DNA of 64,000 nt from a virus (lineage: Duplodnaviria; Caudoviricetes): positions 470 to 64,469 of the IMG/VR virus record IMGVR_UViG_3300020204_000065. One strand, written 5' to 3'. A model generated the notes under the pieces. The model made no database searches and was not told the DNA's origin. It saw nothing but the letters and a program-made list of their open reading frames with translations. Shown piece after piece: positions 47,264-56,433 of this stretch. Position numbers and translations under genes: made by a program. Position 1 is the stretch's first letter. Every line of letters begins with the position of its first letter.

Positions 47264-47623
47264 CTATTTCAGCATTATCATTTGAGTCTCATTGTGAGTT
47301 TGTTTCTTTTTTGCGTATTTGGTGGTGGCGACCAGGGTTTTGCGGTTGTCTTTGGTCTTATTGGACTCTTCGTGCAACACATCAGTATTGATGGGGTCGG
47401 TACCAGTACGTAAGTAGTACACCACTCGGTGTGCGAGGTAGACCACGTTGTCGATACAGACCATGTAATAGCCAGTGGTCTTGTTGAGGCGACCTGCCTG
47501 GCTGCCAGCAGCGTTACAGGCCTTCTTGATTCGCCATTCCAGGCCACTGGGGTACTGGTCCGATAGCTGGAGCAACTCCTGGACACGCCAAATAGGTGGC
47601 ATTTCCTTGTGGTTGCGGGACAT
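47264..47623 (-). CDS. degenerate HNH-endonuclease-like protein
   Basis: GY.MVCID...YLAHRVVYYLRTG...DVLH; canonical N...N motif eroded. Confidence 0.6.
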   Translation of the reverse strand: MSRNHKEMPPIWRVQELLQLSDQYPSGLEWRIKKACNAAGSQAGRLNKTTGYYMVCIDNVVYLAHRVVYYLRTGTDPINTDVLHEESNKTKDNRKTLVATTKYAKKKQTHNETQMIMLK

Positions 47624-47983
47624 CCGGGGGTACTGGGGCTGGAAAACATAGTAATAGGGGTTCCAAGGGAGGTCAAGCGTGCAGAAAAAACTAAGAATGC
47701 TTAATTTCACTCTTTATATACAGTTAAACGACGCCGCTTGACCAAAGTGTACGTACTTTATTTCTCTTTGCTTTCTTTCCGAACTTTTAGACATTACACC
47801 CTTTTTCATAGTGTCATTCGCCTTAGGGGGGGAGTAGACGGGGTCCTATTCTCTGTTCCTACGCACCTCACTTTAGTCTCAACCTAAGACTCGATGCGTA
47901 AAAAAAGGGGGTTCCAATGCACAAAAAAAGGAGCTACGTCCAACAGCTCCCTACCCGGATCGTCTCCTGGGGCACCTTAGCCC

Positions 47984-48325
47984 CTATTTGCGTCCGTAGT
48001 CATCACTGAGGCGGGTAATGTCCTCCTCGTACAGCTTGGCGCCCCTCTGGACCTCAATCAGAACAAGCTCCGAGTCGCCAGCCTCCAGGCGATGGACGGC
48101 ACCAACGGGGATAAAGGCAGTGGTACCGGGGGAAGCGAGGATTTCCGCATCTTCCACAGTGATGACACCAGTCCCTGTCACCACCACCCAGTGTTCCGAG
48201 CGGTGCTCGTGCTTCTGAAGACTGAGTCTCGACTGAGGCTTAACTGAGATTCGTTTGACTTTGTACGTCGGCCCCGAGCAGATCGTTTCAAACGTCCCCC
48301 AGGGCCTCTCTTCCGCATAGGTCAT
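47984..48325 (-). CDS. mannose-6-phosphate isomerase type II cupin domain
   Basis: RPWG, LSLQKHEHRSEHWVVV, EVQ.G...EEDITRLSDDYGR. Confidence 0.92.
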   Translation of the reverse strand: MTYAEERPWGTFETICSGPTYKVKRISVKPQSRLSLQKHEHRSEHWVVVTGTGVITVEDAEILASPGTTAFIPVGAVHRLEAGDSELVLIEVQRGAKLYEEDITRLSDDYGRK

Positions 48326-49593
48326 GCAGTCACCTCGGCCAGCTCCTTATTCTCAGCTTCTTTGCGTTGTTTTTTCCGCTTGCTGGTCTTGATCTGAGGC
48401 TCTTCCTTCTTGGTCAGCACCTCCTGGAACACCTCATTGAAGTCAGAGGCAACCGTATCCCAGTTGAAGCAAGGATCAGTGACGCGGTCGTAACACTTCT
48501 GTGCCACGTCATCGAGCTTGTCACGGTTTTCGTAAAGTTCTGTAAGGATGCTTGCTAGATGGTTGTCATCTGGGCAGGGCATGATGCGACCGAAGTTGGT
48601 ATCCACATCAGCGTGGAGGTTACGAATCAGGGGACCGCAGCCTTCAAAGATCTCTTTACAGGAGGTGTGATCGGGAACCACCTGGGCCACACGGCAGGCA
48701 GCGTGCTCGAAGTTGACCAGACCCCAGCCTTCCCCTTTGCAGGTGTTGACGCCCACATCAGCCACGTTGTAGATCGTATTGAGCAGGTCCACTGGTACCG
48801 AGGGGCCATGGGGAGTAGGCGCAGTCATGATTATGCGGCCATTGGGATCCAGACCTTGACGGCTCATCTCCCGATGGAAGAGAGGCATGATGTCCCAGCC
48901 CTGGTCCTTTTGACCCATATGCAGGTAGAGCTTGGCGTCTGGCTTATCGACTGCAAATTTGGCAAACGCCGAAATCGTTAGGTCAATACGCTTGCGGAAC
49001 TGGTTGCGGTTCCCGTTGAAAACAATGAAGTCATCAGGACTGAGGTTCAGCTCCTTCCGGCACTTTGCCTTGTCCTTGGGATAGAACTGACCAGCGGTTA
49101 CGCCGTGTGGAATCACCCAGATGGGCTTATCAACCCCAGCGCTCAACGTTTCTTCTGCGCCGAATTTGGTGTAGCAGACCGCTGCGTCCCACTCATTCAT
49201 GGTGTCAGTGAGGCAACCATACCAGCCGTAGGAGTCCATGGGGTAGTAACCCACGAACTTAAAGCCGATCTCATCACGAAGATCACGAATCTGACTCCAC
49301 TGGTTATTGATGATCCAGCAGTCATTGATCGTAAAGATCACGTCAGGCCGCACCCGTTCTGTTACTTCGCGAATCCGTGCCTCACCAAAAGGCTGGTTCT
49401 GATACATATTTGCTGCTGGATATAAGTAGTAATCCTTTTGCAGCGGGGTGTAGTCCCCATGCCAGTTGCAGCCCAGCACATGGATTTCGTACTGATCTTT
49501 CAGACGACTCAGTACATTTTCGGTAACACGCGCAAAACCGGTGGTAGCGACAATATCGCCCACCCACAAAAGCTTGGGCTTATTTTCAGTCAT
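48322..49593 (-). CDS. glycosyltransferase family 4
   Basis: TGFARVT, NRNQFRKRID, GEGWGLVNFE. Confidence 0.9.
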   Translation of the reverse strand: MTENKPKLLWVGDIVATTGFARVTENVLSRLKDQYEIHVLGCNWHGDYTPLQKDYYLYPAANMYQNQPFGEARIREVTERVRPDVIFTINDCWIINNQWSQIRDLRDEIGFKFVGYYPMDSYGWYGCLTDTMNEWDAAVCYTKFGAEETLSAGVDKPIWVIPHGVTAGQFYPKDKAKCRKELNLSPDDFIVFNGNRNQFRKRIDLTISAFAKFAVDKPDAKLYLHMGQKDQGWDIMPLFHREMSRQGLDPNGRIIMTAPTPHGPSVPVDLLNTIYNVADVGVNTCKGEGWGLVNFEHAACRVAQVVPDHTSCKEIFEGCGPLIRNLHADVDTNFGRIMPCPDDNHLASILTELYENRDKLDDVAQKCYDRVTDPCFNWDTVASDFNEVFQEVLTKKEEPQIKTSKRKKQRKEAENKELAEVTA

Positions 49594-49626
49594 TTAATTG
49601 TTTATTGACTGAAAACAGTATACGAA

Positions 49627-49977
49627 TTATTGAGGAGTTATAGACCGTACTAATTCTTTTTCCTCTGATTGTTTTGCTTTTAGCTTCTTCTTGAGGAATT
49701 CAGCAGCCCGATGGGTATTGGTTGTATCCCCACAGGTATAAAGATCGATAGCAACGTAGCCAAGTTCAGGCCAGCTGTGAATTGAGGCATGGGATTCAGC
49801 CAGCAATGCCAAGAGCGTTACACCTTGCGGTTGAAATTTTTCACCAAAGACCCGCAAAATTTTTGCACCTGCCATGTTGAGCGCCACCTGGAGCAATCGC
49901 TCTAGCTCATCGTAATCATCAAGAAGTTCTTGATCACATTCATAGAGATCAAGGATAAGGTGACGCCCGTTGCTCAC
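49627..49977 (-). CDS. speD: S-adenosylmethionine decarboxylase proenzyme
   Basis: GRHLILDL, LLAESHASIHSWPE, DLYTCG. Confidence 0.95.
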   Translation of the reverse strand: MSNGRHLILDLYECDQELLDDYDELERLLQVALNMAGAKILRVFGEKFQPQGVTLLALLAESHASIHSWPELGYVAIDLYTCGDTTNTHRAAEFLKKKLKAKQSEEKELVRSITPQ

Positions 49978-52604
49978 AGTTCTTCTGCTACCTCTTCCAT
50001 TGTCGCATTAGATGCTTTGTCAATAATGTCCCCGTAAAACGTACGCCATTCCTCTTTATTTAAGCCAACTTCCACAAGGGAGGGATACTGCTCGTACTTA
50101 GGACCGGACGCTCGCAGTGCGATGTTGACAACACGCATGCCGCGACTGTTCTTGAATTGGTAGACATTCAGCTTGAGCTGATGAACGCATACGTCCATCA
50201 AAAGGGATTCAAACCGGCTGCGACCAAGGATGTTGCTGTTTGAACCACGTGAGAATTCGCAGTAGCTGGCATACAACCACTTGTCCCAGTTGATGTACAG
50301 GTTGGAGACACCACCGGGCGCATGTTTTGCGAGGCCCACAGGAGTGGCAATACCTGGATCAAAAACAACACAATGCTGCATCCAATCAAGGATTTGGTTG
50401 GATTTAAGAATTTGTTCACGATGATGCTTGGCAAAGAAGTCGACTTTGTCGTTGGTCTCCATCAGGTATTCACGCATCTCAGCCTCGGACATATCGAGGA
50501 CCCAGTTCACAAGCCCTGGAAGCAAAGCCGCAAATTCTCCGAAGGGACGACCGTGATCATCCATATCAATCAAAGTTTTTTGTTCGGCAGAACTACCTGT
50601 GAATGGTTGATCGAACGGGATGGTGAGACGACGACGGGCTAAACCAGAGGTGGGGTCGGTTGTTTGAATAGGTTCATTGGCCGTAATCATGACCAGACCA
50701 TTGAACTTGAATGGCTTCTGACTACCGGCCTGGAACTTGCGCTCATTACGAATCAGGTCACGACCCGTAATTGCTTTCAAGACGGAGACCGATCCGCCGT
50801 AACGCTCCACATCATTGAAGAGCAACAGTTTCTTCTTATAGAGGTTGGCGGTTTCAAACCGGTTTTTTTCCAGGTGCTCTAGGGAAGAGATCATGGCATT
50901 GTCATCACCCACCAATGCATGAGCAAGGTTGGAGTAGGTGGACTTACCGGATTTACCGGGGCCGACAATCTCCACAAACTTTTGGATATCCGAGTGACTC
51001 AGAAGCGTGGCACGCAACCAAGCCCGCAGCACCTGGACACGACCCCAGCTGTCACGTTGCGTGGACTTCAACCATTTAATGATGGGTTCACAACTTGCGT
51101 AGGGATCGTATTCGTACGGCAGTTGTTGAGTGATGTACATCTCACGGTCAAAAGGAAGCAACTCCCTGGTATCAACCTTCAAGATTCCATTGGTAAAGAG
51201 CAGGTAGTCATTGCCTTCATACCAGTCATCAAAAATTGTCGAAATCCTCAATTGCTCCATTAAGTCGGAGATGAGGTTCATCGAGTAGCCACTGTGCAGC
51301 AGACCCTCTTTAATGGAATCAAGCTGGCCTTTGATATCGCCCTTCACCTCGTATTCCGACAGCTGTGACCACAGACCTTTCCTGTGGTATTGATACATGA
51401 AGAATGCACCATGCGACTGGCTATACCGAAGATTTCCTTGGTAGTTCTGCAATAAGATGGCTGCAATTACGTCAGAAGACGGATTGCGTGTTTTTTGTTT
51501 AGCGCCTTCTCCTCCGCCGTAGTTAGGACTGCTTCGACGACGATAAACCTTGGTATCACCTTCGACCGTTTCTTTTTTGGGAGGTGTGGCCAACCCCAGG
51601 TCTTCTTCAAATTCGGTCAATAATTTTGCGACGTGATCAAGCATGGTGTCATCTACATTCATTGCTTTGTGGTTTTCAGATGGCTTCCATCCGTTCTCCT
51701 TAGCTACATGCACTAGGGAGCCAACGCCTCGGCCACCACCTTTTGAGAAGGAAAGCCAACGCCGATGACATTCACCATCTTGATATTTATCCGATTGCCT
51801 GGACCATTCATCCCATTGATCAAGCAACGATTCATCCAATGAATGAAGTGACTGACCGACTGTGATCCAGATGTCGTAGTCATCAGTTGCTTCTGGCGGC
51901 ATACCCCACATTGCCTCCAGTGCCAGCTGCATATCCCGTTCAAGGGATATTTCAGCGTTGATGGCAAAAGAAGGACCAATGATGCGTGTGGTTTCTTTTG
52001 CGGGAACACCTTGCTTGACGTTCTTTTGAACAATGCAGTTCAGCAGCCAATCCGGAAACTCAGGCAATTGCTGGATCCATTCAAATCCTTGATCTGGAGC
52101 AGTGAAATAGCCTTCTGTTTCAGGGTGCAGACCCATGAGAACACCCTGGTGCCGCTTCCAGAGAATCTCTAGTTTTTCTTTAGGGCCTTCTGAGTGCCAG
52201 GTGTATTTATTGCGAACGAATTGTTTGTGTTGATCCCGTGACAATTTATACAGTTTCCGCTCGCGTCCTTCTTTACCACTAAGGATGGTCAGCGTTGGGG
52301 GCAATGCCTCATTAAATGGAAGGTCCGAGAGATTTTCAATGAGCTGGTAGACGGTAGGACCATCGACATCAACCCAGACAAAACCGTAGGGATGGTTGTA
52401 GACAGGACCACCAAGCAGACCAATTGCTTTACAGCGTCCACTCAAAATCTCATCTTCTATTTCTTTTGGACTAAGTGGCTTGTTTTGCCAACCTGCAATA
52501 TATGGATCTTTATTCGGACCCAAGGGAGTCAAGGGCCAGTCAACTGGGATGTAATCAAGCTTGATTTCGCCAGGCTTAAGTGTTTGCTGATTGGTATTAG
52601 TCAT
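49974..52604 (-). CDS. primase-helicase (Prim-Pol + PriCT-2 + D5/SF3 helicase)
   Basis: WVDVDG; YDIWITVGQSLH; GPGKSGKST; MITAN; RRRL. Confidence 0.92.
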   Translation of the reverse strand: MTNTNQQTLKPGEIKLDYIPVDWPLTPLGPNKDPYIAGWQNKPLSPKEIEDEILSGRCKAIGLLGGPVYNHPYGFVWVDVDGPTVYQLIENLSDLPFNEALPPTLTILSGKEGRERKLYKLSRDQHKQFVRNKYTWHSEGPKEKLEILWKRHQGVLMGLHPETEGYFTAPDQGFEWIQQLPEFPDWLLNCIVQKNVKQGVPAKETTRIIGPSFAINAEISLERDMQLALEAMWGMPPEATDDYDIWITVGQSLHSLDESLLDQWDEWSRQSDKYQDGECHRRWLSFSKGGGRGVGSLVHVAKENGWKPSENHKAMNVDDTMLDHVAKLLTEFEEDLGLATPPKKETVEGDTKVYRRRSSPNYGGGEGAKQKTRNPSSDVIAAILLQNYQGNLRYSQSHGAFFMYQYHRKGLWSQLSEYEVKGDIKGQLDSIKEGLLHSGYSMNLISDLMEQLRISTIFDDWYEGNDYLLFTNGILKVDTRELLPFDREMYITQQLPYEYDPYASCEPIIKWLKSTQRDSWGRVQVLRAWLRATLLSHSDIQKFVEIVGPGKSGKSTYSNLAHALVGDDNAMISSLEHLEKNRFETANLYKKKLLLFNDVERYGGSVSVLKAITGRDLIRNERKFQAGSQKPFKFNGLVMITANEPIQTTDPTSGLARRRLTIPFDQPFTGSSAEQKTLIDMDDHGRPFGEFAALLPGLVNWVLDMSEAEMREYLMETNDKVDFFAKHHREQILKSNQILDWMQHCVVFDPGIATPVGLAKHAPGGVSNLYINWDKWLYASYCEFSRGSNSNILGRSRFESLLMDVCVHQLKLNVYQFKNSRGMRVVNIALRASGPKYEQYPSLVEVGLNKEEWRTFYGDIIDKASNATMEEVAEEL

Positions 52605-52786
52605 GCCTGGGCTTCTCGTCGAACTTCTACTTTAAAGTTTTTATCTGCAAAAGCTGCCTCTTTCAACAAACAAAAAGCGTGGAGATGCATGTCAGTGGGC
52701 AGATAAAAACAGTCCCCATCCGTCGCACTTGTCATGCGACTCATGAGACTATTCATCCACTCACCCATTGCGACGTTGATGTCCAT
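52601..52786 (-). CDS. small hypothetical protein
   Basis: 61 aa from MDINVA, ATGA-coupled to primase. Confidence 0.6.
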   Translation of the reverse strand: MDINVAMGEWMNSLMSRMTSATDGDCFYLPTDMHLHAFCLLKEAAFADKNFKVEVRREAQA

Positions 52787-52988
52787 GGTGAGGGTTTGAC
52801 TTGTGTTTTCTAATCCTACGGCCGGCAATCCAAGCAAGCCATTACGAATTTCTGGAAATTAGCAAGTCTTATGAGACTTATTAATTGGATCAATCGTTTC
52901 AAATTGCTTCATTAATCGCTCGTAAACCTGCAGCGCATCTTCTTTCGTGACCACAACCACCTGGCACGCCACGTCCCAGGCGTGACGC

Positions 52989-53273
52989 TTACGGTTTTCC
53001 AGTTTGCTCATCTTGTTTTTGTTCATCTTTATACCAAGGCGCCGTTAACTGCATTGCTCCTCCAAGCTTTTGGGATTCACCTGTTTGGAGCACTGGATCA
53101 ATCGGATGCTCCCTGTAGATTGGTTTGTTTTGCTTTTCAAGCTCAATCTCAGCCTGGATCCGGTTCTCCAATTCGATCATATCAAGTCTGGCCTTTAGTT
53201 TTGCTTCAAACCAAATGCGTTTCCACCACTTGATTACAGCATCAATTAATTGTTTAAACAGAGAATTAAACAT
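52989..53273 (-). CDS. hypothetical protein
   Basis: 94-aa ORF. Confidence 0.65.
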   Translation of the reverse strand: MFNSLFKQLIDAVIKWWKRIWFEAKLKARLDMIELENRIQAEIELEKQNKPIYREHPIDPVLQTGESQKLGGAMQLTAPWYKDEQKQDEQTGKP

Positions 53274-53313
53274 GATATTCTTTAGATATAATTAGTTTAT
53301 AGATATTAAAGCT

Positions 53314-53775
53314 ATGAAGGACACCCGTGCAGGCGCAGAGCGTCAAAAACCAGTCAAGGGCGCTGTTGACAAAGCAGGCAAGAAGGGGATGCCCAAGCCT
53401 GCGGAACGTCCCGTCCAACAACCCAAACCAGCCAAGGCAGCTGAAGCAGGTAAAAAAATTCGTGCGCAAGAGAAAGGAAAAGCCCCCCGTGGAGAAGTTA
53501 CACCACGCATAGCTCCACCACCTGCACGAAAAGCACAAGCTACACGTCCCGCTTCTCGGCCTGCAGCTCGACCAGAAGGAAGAACCGGAGCCGCTGGCAC
53601 ACCTAAAAGCACAGCACCTACAGGGCCAGTCAAAAAAGCAGTTCCAGTGCCTCTACCCAAAGGTATATTCGTTCCCCCCAAAGATCGGGCACCTCGTGGC
53701 CGTGTTGTAGGAACTGGCCCAAAGCGTATTCCACCTAGCATTCCTGGATATAACCCTGGATTTCCAACCCTTTGA
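53314..53775 (+). CDS. basic K/P/A/R-rich protein
   Basis: 153 aa, histone-H1-like composition. Confidence 0.6.
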   Translation: MKDTRAGAERQKPVKGAVDKAGKKGMPKPAERPVQQPKPAKAAEAGKKIRAQEKGKAPRGEVTPRIAPPPARKAQATRPASRPAARPEGRTGAAGTPKSTAPTGPVKKAVPVPLPKGIFVPPKDRAPRGRVVGTGPKRIPPSIPGYNPGFPTL

Positions 53776-53787
53776 TCTTTAGTAATC

Positions 53788-54093
53788 ATGAAAATTTCCC
53801 CTAAAGAAGCAAAAGGGAAACTGGATCGGATGAAGGCTGAACGGACTGCTCAACGCAAGCCTAAGCCTTCGCGTCCCACTCGAACTGTTCCTAGCACCAA
53901 ACCAACCCCTGGGCGTGCAGCACCTAGTTATGGCATGACCCCTAGCTCTGTCGGGATTGGTACCAGCCCAGGTATTGGATTAGGTAACGCAAGTTTTCCA
54001 ATTAGCGGACCGAACTTTCCAATCAGTGCGTCAAACTTCCCTATTAGTGCGTCAAACTTCCCTATTAGTGGACCGAACTACGGCTTTCGTTAA
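53788..54093 (+). CDS. basic protein with C-terminal heptapeptide repeats
   Basis: (S/N)FPIS(GP/AS) x4. Confidence 0.6.
   Translation: MKISPKEAKGKLDRMKAERTAQRKPKPSRPTRTVPSTKPTPGRAAPSYGMTPSSVGIGTSPGIGLGNASFPISGPNFPISASNFPISASNFPISGPNYGFR
53992..54078 (+). repeat. 21-bp coding tandem repeat, about 4 units
   Basis: AACTTCCCTATTAGTGCGTCA-like units with synonymous variation. Confidence 0.85.
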
Positions 54094-54944
54094 ATAAGAT
54101 CAGGGTCATAGGCGTTACAGTTTTCTATCTGAGCATAGTATTCAGAAACCAACGCGAGCCAATCTTCCCTCAGGGAATCCAGGAATCTCCTGGAGATCTT
54201 AAAGACTTGAGTACGAACAGGCGTCGACACCAAGATTGCCGCCTGTTGTACTCTCATACCAAGAGTCTGCTCGATGGCAATGTCATACGCAGCGAGTTGT
54301 TTGCAAGTTTTTTTAAATTTCATGTGACCCCCGAGGAGATCACGCCATTCAGGCGAACCTTTCTCCAGATCTTTAGGCCACTTGCGGCTATAGGGTTTGA
54401 CGCTGGTTTTTAAGTCAGCAAGCGTTAGTTTGTTGTTGGCAACAGCAATAATGTCAGGAGCCCCAGCCCAAGCACGACCCTCGTCGTCACAACCCCAGAC
54501 GCGAGCAACATCGTCAGCACCAATAGTGAAATCAAATTTATCAAGGACGGGTGACTCCGCCCAAAGAACTTCTTCGAACTGATCCAGAATTCCTGGCATA
54601 CCAGCCCAAAAGTCCGCATATTCCTCTTTGATTTCAGGTGTTTTATTCCCCTTGAGATATTGCTCCATGCCGTAGTGGATTGCAGTACCACGTTCGGCAG
54701 CAGCTTCTTTAACACCTGGATTTGCTTTCGACCACATCTCAAGCTTCCGCTTGTTTGCTTCGGAAGCTGTTTCGCTAATGATAGTAGTTACGGACGGTGC
54801 AGGTCCAGTGGGTAACGGAGTTGTGTAGTGACGTTTTCCGTTAAGTGTTATCCTGGCTGCGGTCCGATTAATCGACCGCATTACTTCCGGTTGCTCTTCC
54901 TTGGCTTTAATCCAAGGATCTGATGTATTCAGTTTAGCAACCAT
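54090..54944 (-). CDS. PD-(D/E)xK exonuclease
   Basis: PSVTTII, RGTAIH, AGAPD...DLKTS, QLAAY. Confidence 0.88.
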   Translation of the reverse strand: MVAKLNTSDPWIKAKEEQPEVMRSINRTAARITLNGKRHYTTPLPTGPAPSVTTIISETASEANKRKLEMWSKANPGVKEAAAERGTAIHYGMEQYLKGNKTPEIKEEYADFWAGMPGILDQFEEVLWAESPVLDKFDFTIGADDVARVWGCDDEGRAWAGAPDIIAVANNKLTLADLKTSVKPYSRKWPKDLEKGSPEWRDLLGGHMKFKKTCKQLAAYDIAIEQTLGMRVQQAAILVSTPVRTQVFKISRRFLDSLREDWLALVSEYYAQIENCNAYDPDLI

Positions 54945-54992
54945 TAATAGGTTTTGTATATTGGCTACACTGTAGCAGATATAAAACTAAGA

Positions 54993-55082
54993 ATGCACGA
55001 ATTTAAGCTCATCATTCTGACGATTTTATTGTCTATGCTAATCACAATCGTTGTCGAGTTAGTTCCCCATTGGATCCACTAG
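54993..55082 (+). CDS. 29-aa single-helix membrane peptide (not in track)
   Basis: MHEFKLIILTILLSMLITIVVELVPHWIH. Confidence 0.4.
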   Translation: MHEFKLIILTILLSMLITIVVELVPHWIH

Positions 55083-55182
55083 AGCGAATTAAGTACTCCA
55101 TCAAGGGTTGGTGGGGCTGCCTGGGAGCCCTATTGCAAATTATCTGGATTGCAATCAAACTGAACTGGGAAGTTTTGACAGT

Positions 55183-55365
55183 ATGGCTTGCAACATTAGT
55201 CGTTTCTATTACTGTGATCCAAGCCTTGATCTCAAATCATTTCTTCAGATGGAACACCGCAGCCGAAACGGTGTTGCATTCGACGATATTGAGACCGTAG
55301 AAGCAGACGCCTTCGAGGAAAAATTAATCCAAGAAGGCGAACTCTACTTACGCGTTGATCTTTAG
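55183..55365 (+). CDS. small hypothetical protein
   Basis: 60 aa from MACNIS. Confidence 0.5.
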   Translation: MACNISRFYYCDPSLDLKSFLQMEHRSRNGVAFDDIETVEADAFEEKLIQEGELYLRVDL

Positions 55366-56384
55366 ACGGTTGCCAGATCGTAGGTGATCATTTCCTTCAC
55401 CAGATCTTCAAAGGAGATTCGTGGTTCCCAACCCAACTCCCGGTAAGCCTTGGTGCAATCACCCAGGAGAGTATCAACTTCAGCAGGACGATAGAACTGA
55501 GGGTTAATTGCGATTACCGTCTTGCCCAGTTTGGTGCTGTATCCGGTTTCGTTGACGCCTTCACCTTGCCATTCGAGACCAAGATCCAAGTAGTCAGCTG
55601 CAATTTCACAGAATTGCCGAACGCTGTGCTGGATACCACTTGCAATGACATAGTCTTTGGGCTGTGATTGTTGCAAGATCAGACGCATGGCATCGACATA
55701 GTCTTTGGCATGGCCCCAATCACGTTTAGCCTCCAGGTTCCCCAGCTCAAGAACAGGGATCTTACCTCTGATAATAGAAACTAATCCTTTAGTAATCTTC
55801 TTGGTGACAAAGTTATCGCCACGGATTGGACTCTCATGGTTAAAGAGGATCCCATTAGCTCCGAACATGTCGTAGCTCTCGCGGTAATTCACCGTTAGCC
55901 AGTAGCCAAAGAGCTTGGCAACACCATAGGGACTTCTGGGATAGAAGCCAGTCTCTTCATTTTGCGGAAACGATTGGACTTTCCCAAACATCTCGGAGGT
56001 AGATGCTTGATAGAACCGTGGATTTGCAGATCCAGCCCGGCATGCCTCCAGAACATTCATGACACCGATTGCGTTTGCCGCAGCAGTGCTGACAGGAGAC
56101 TTGAAGCTGACACCAACATGGCTTTGAGCAGCCAAGTTGTAGACCTCATCAGGACAAAAATCCTGAACAACTCTGGTCAGAGAGGGCGCATCCGTCAGAT
56201 CGGAGTATTCAATCTGCACATTACCCGGAAGTTCCCCACCAAAAACCCACTTGAGCTTGTCGAGATGGTTAGGTTGTGTGTGATTTCTAACAACACCACA
56301 AACGTTGTAGCCATTATCGATCAGGTTACGAGCCAAATAGGCGCCATCTTGGCCAGTAATTCCGGTGATTAGTGCGCGTTTCAT
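55362..56384 (-). CDS. gmd: GDP-mannose 4,6-dehydratase
   Basis: GITGQDG, LAAQSHV, YQASTSE, SPYGVAK, RDWGHA, RPAEVD. Confidence 0.96.
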   Translation of the reverse strand: MKRALITGITGQDGAYLARNLIDNGYNVCGVVRNHTQPNHLDKLKWVFGGELPGNVQIEYSDLTDAPSLTRVVQDFCPDEVYNLAAQSHVGVSFKSPVSTAAANAIGVMNVLEACRAGSANPRFYQASTSEMFGKVQSFPQNEETGFYPRSPYGVAKLFGYWLTVNYRESYDMFGANGILFNHESPIRGDNFVTKKITKGLVSIIRGKIPVLELGNLEAKRDWGHAKDYVDAMRLILQQSQPKDYVIASGIQHSVRQFCEIAADYLDLGLEWQGEGVNETGYSTKLGKTVIAINPQFYRPAEVDTLLGDCTKAYRELGWEPRISFEDLVKEMITYDLATV

Positions 56385-56433
56385 TTGCCATATCTGCGTG
56401 GTTAAAGTATAACCATTGAAATGACGTTTAGTT

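Noticed and set aside
49974-52604. Intein in the primase-helicase (also checked TerL)
   Set aside because: Length is explained by the domains; no intein splice motifs recognised
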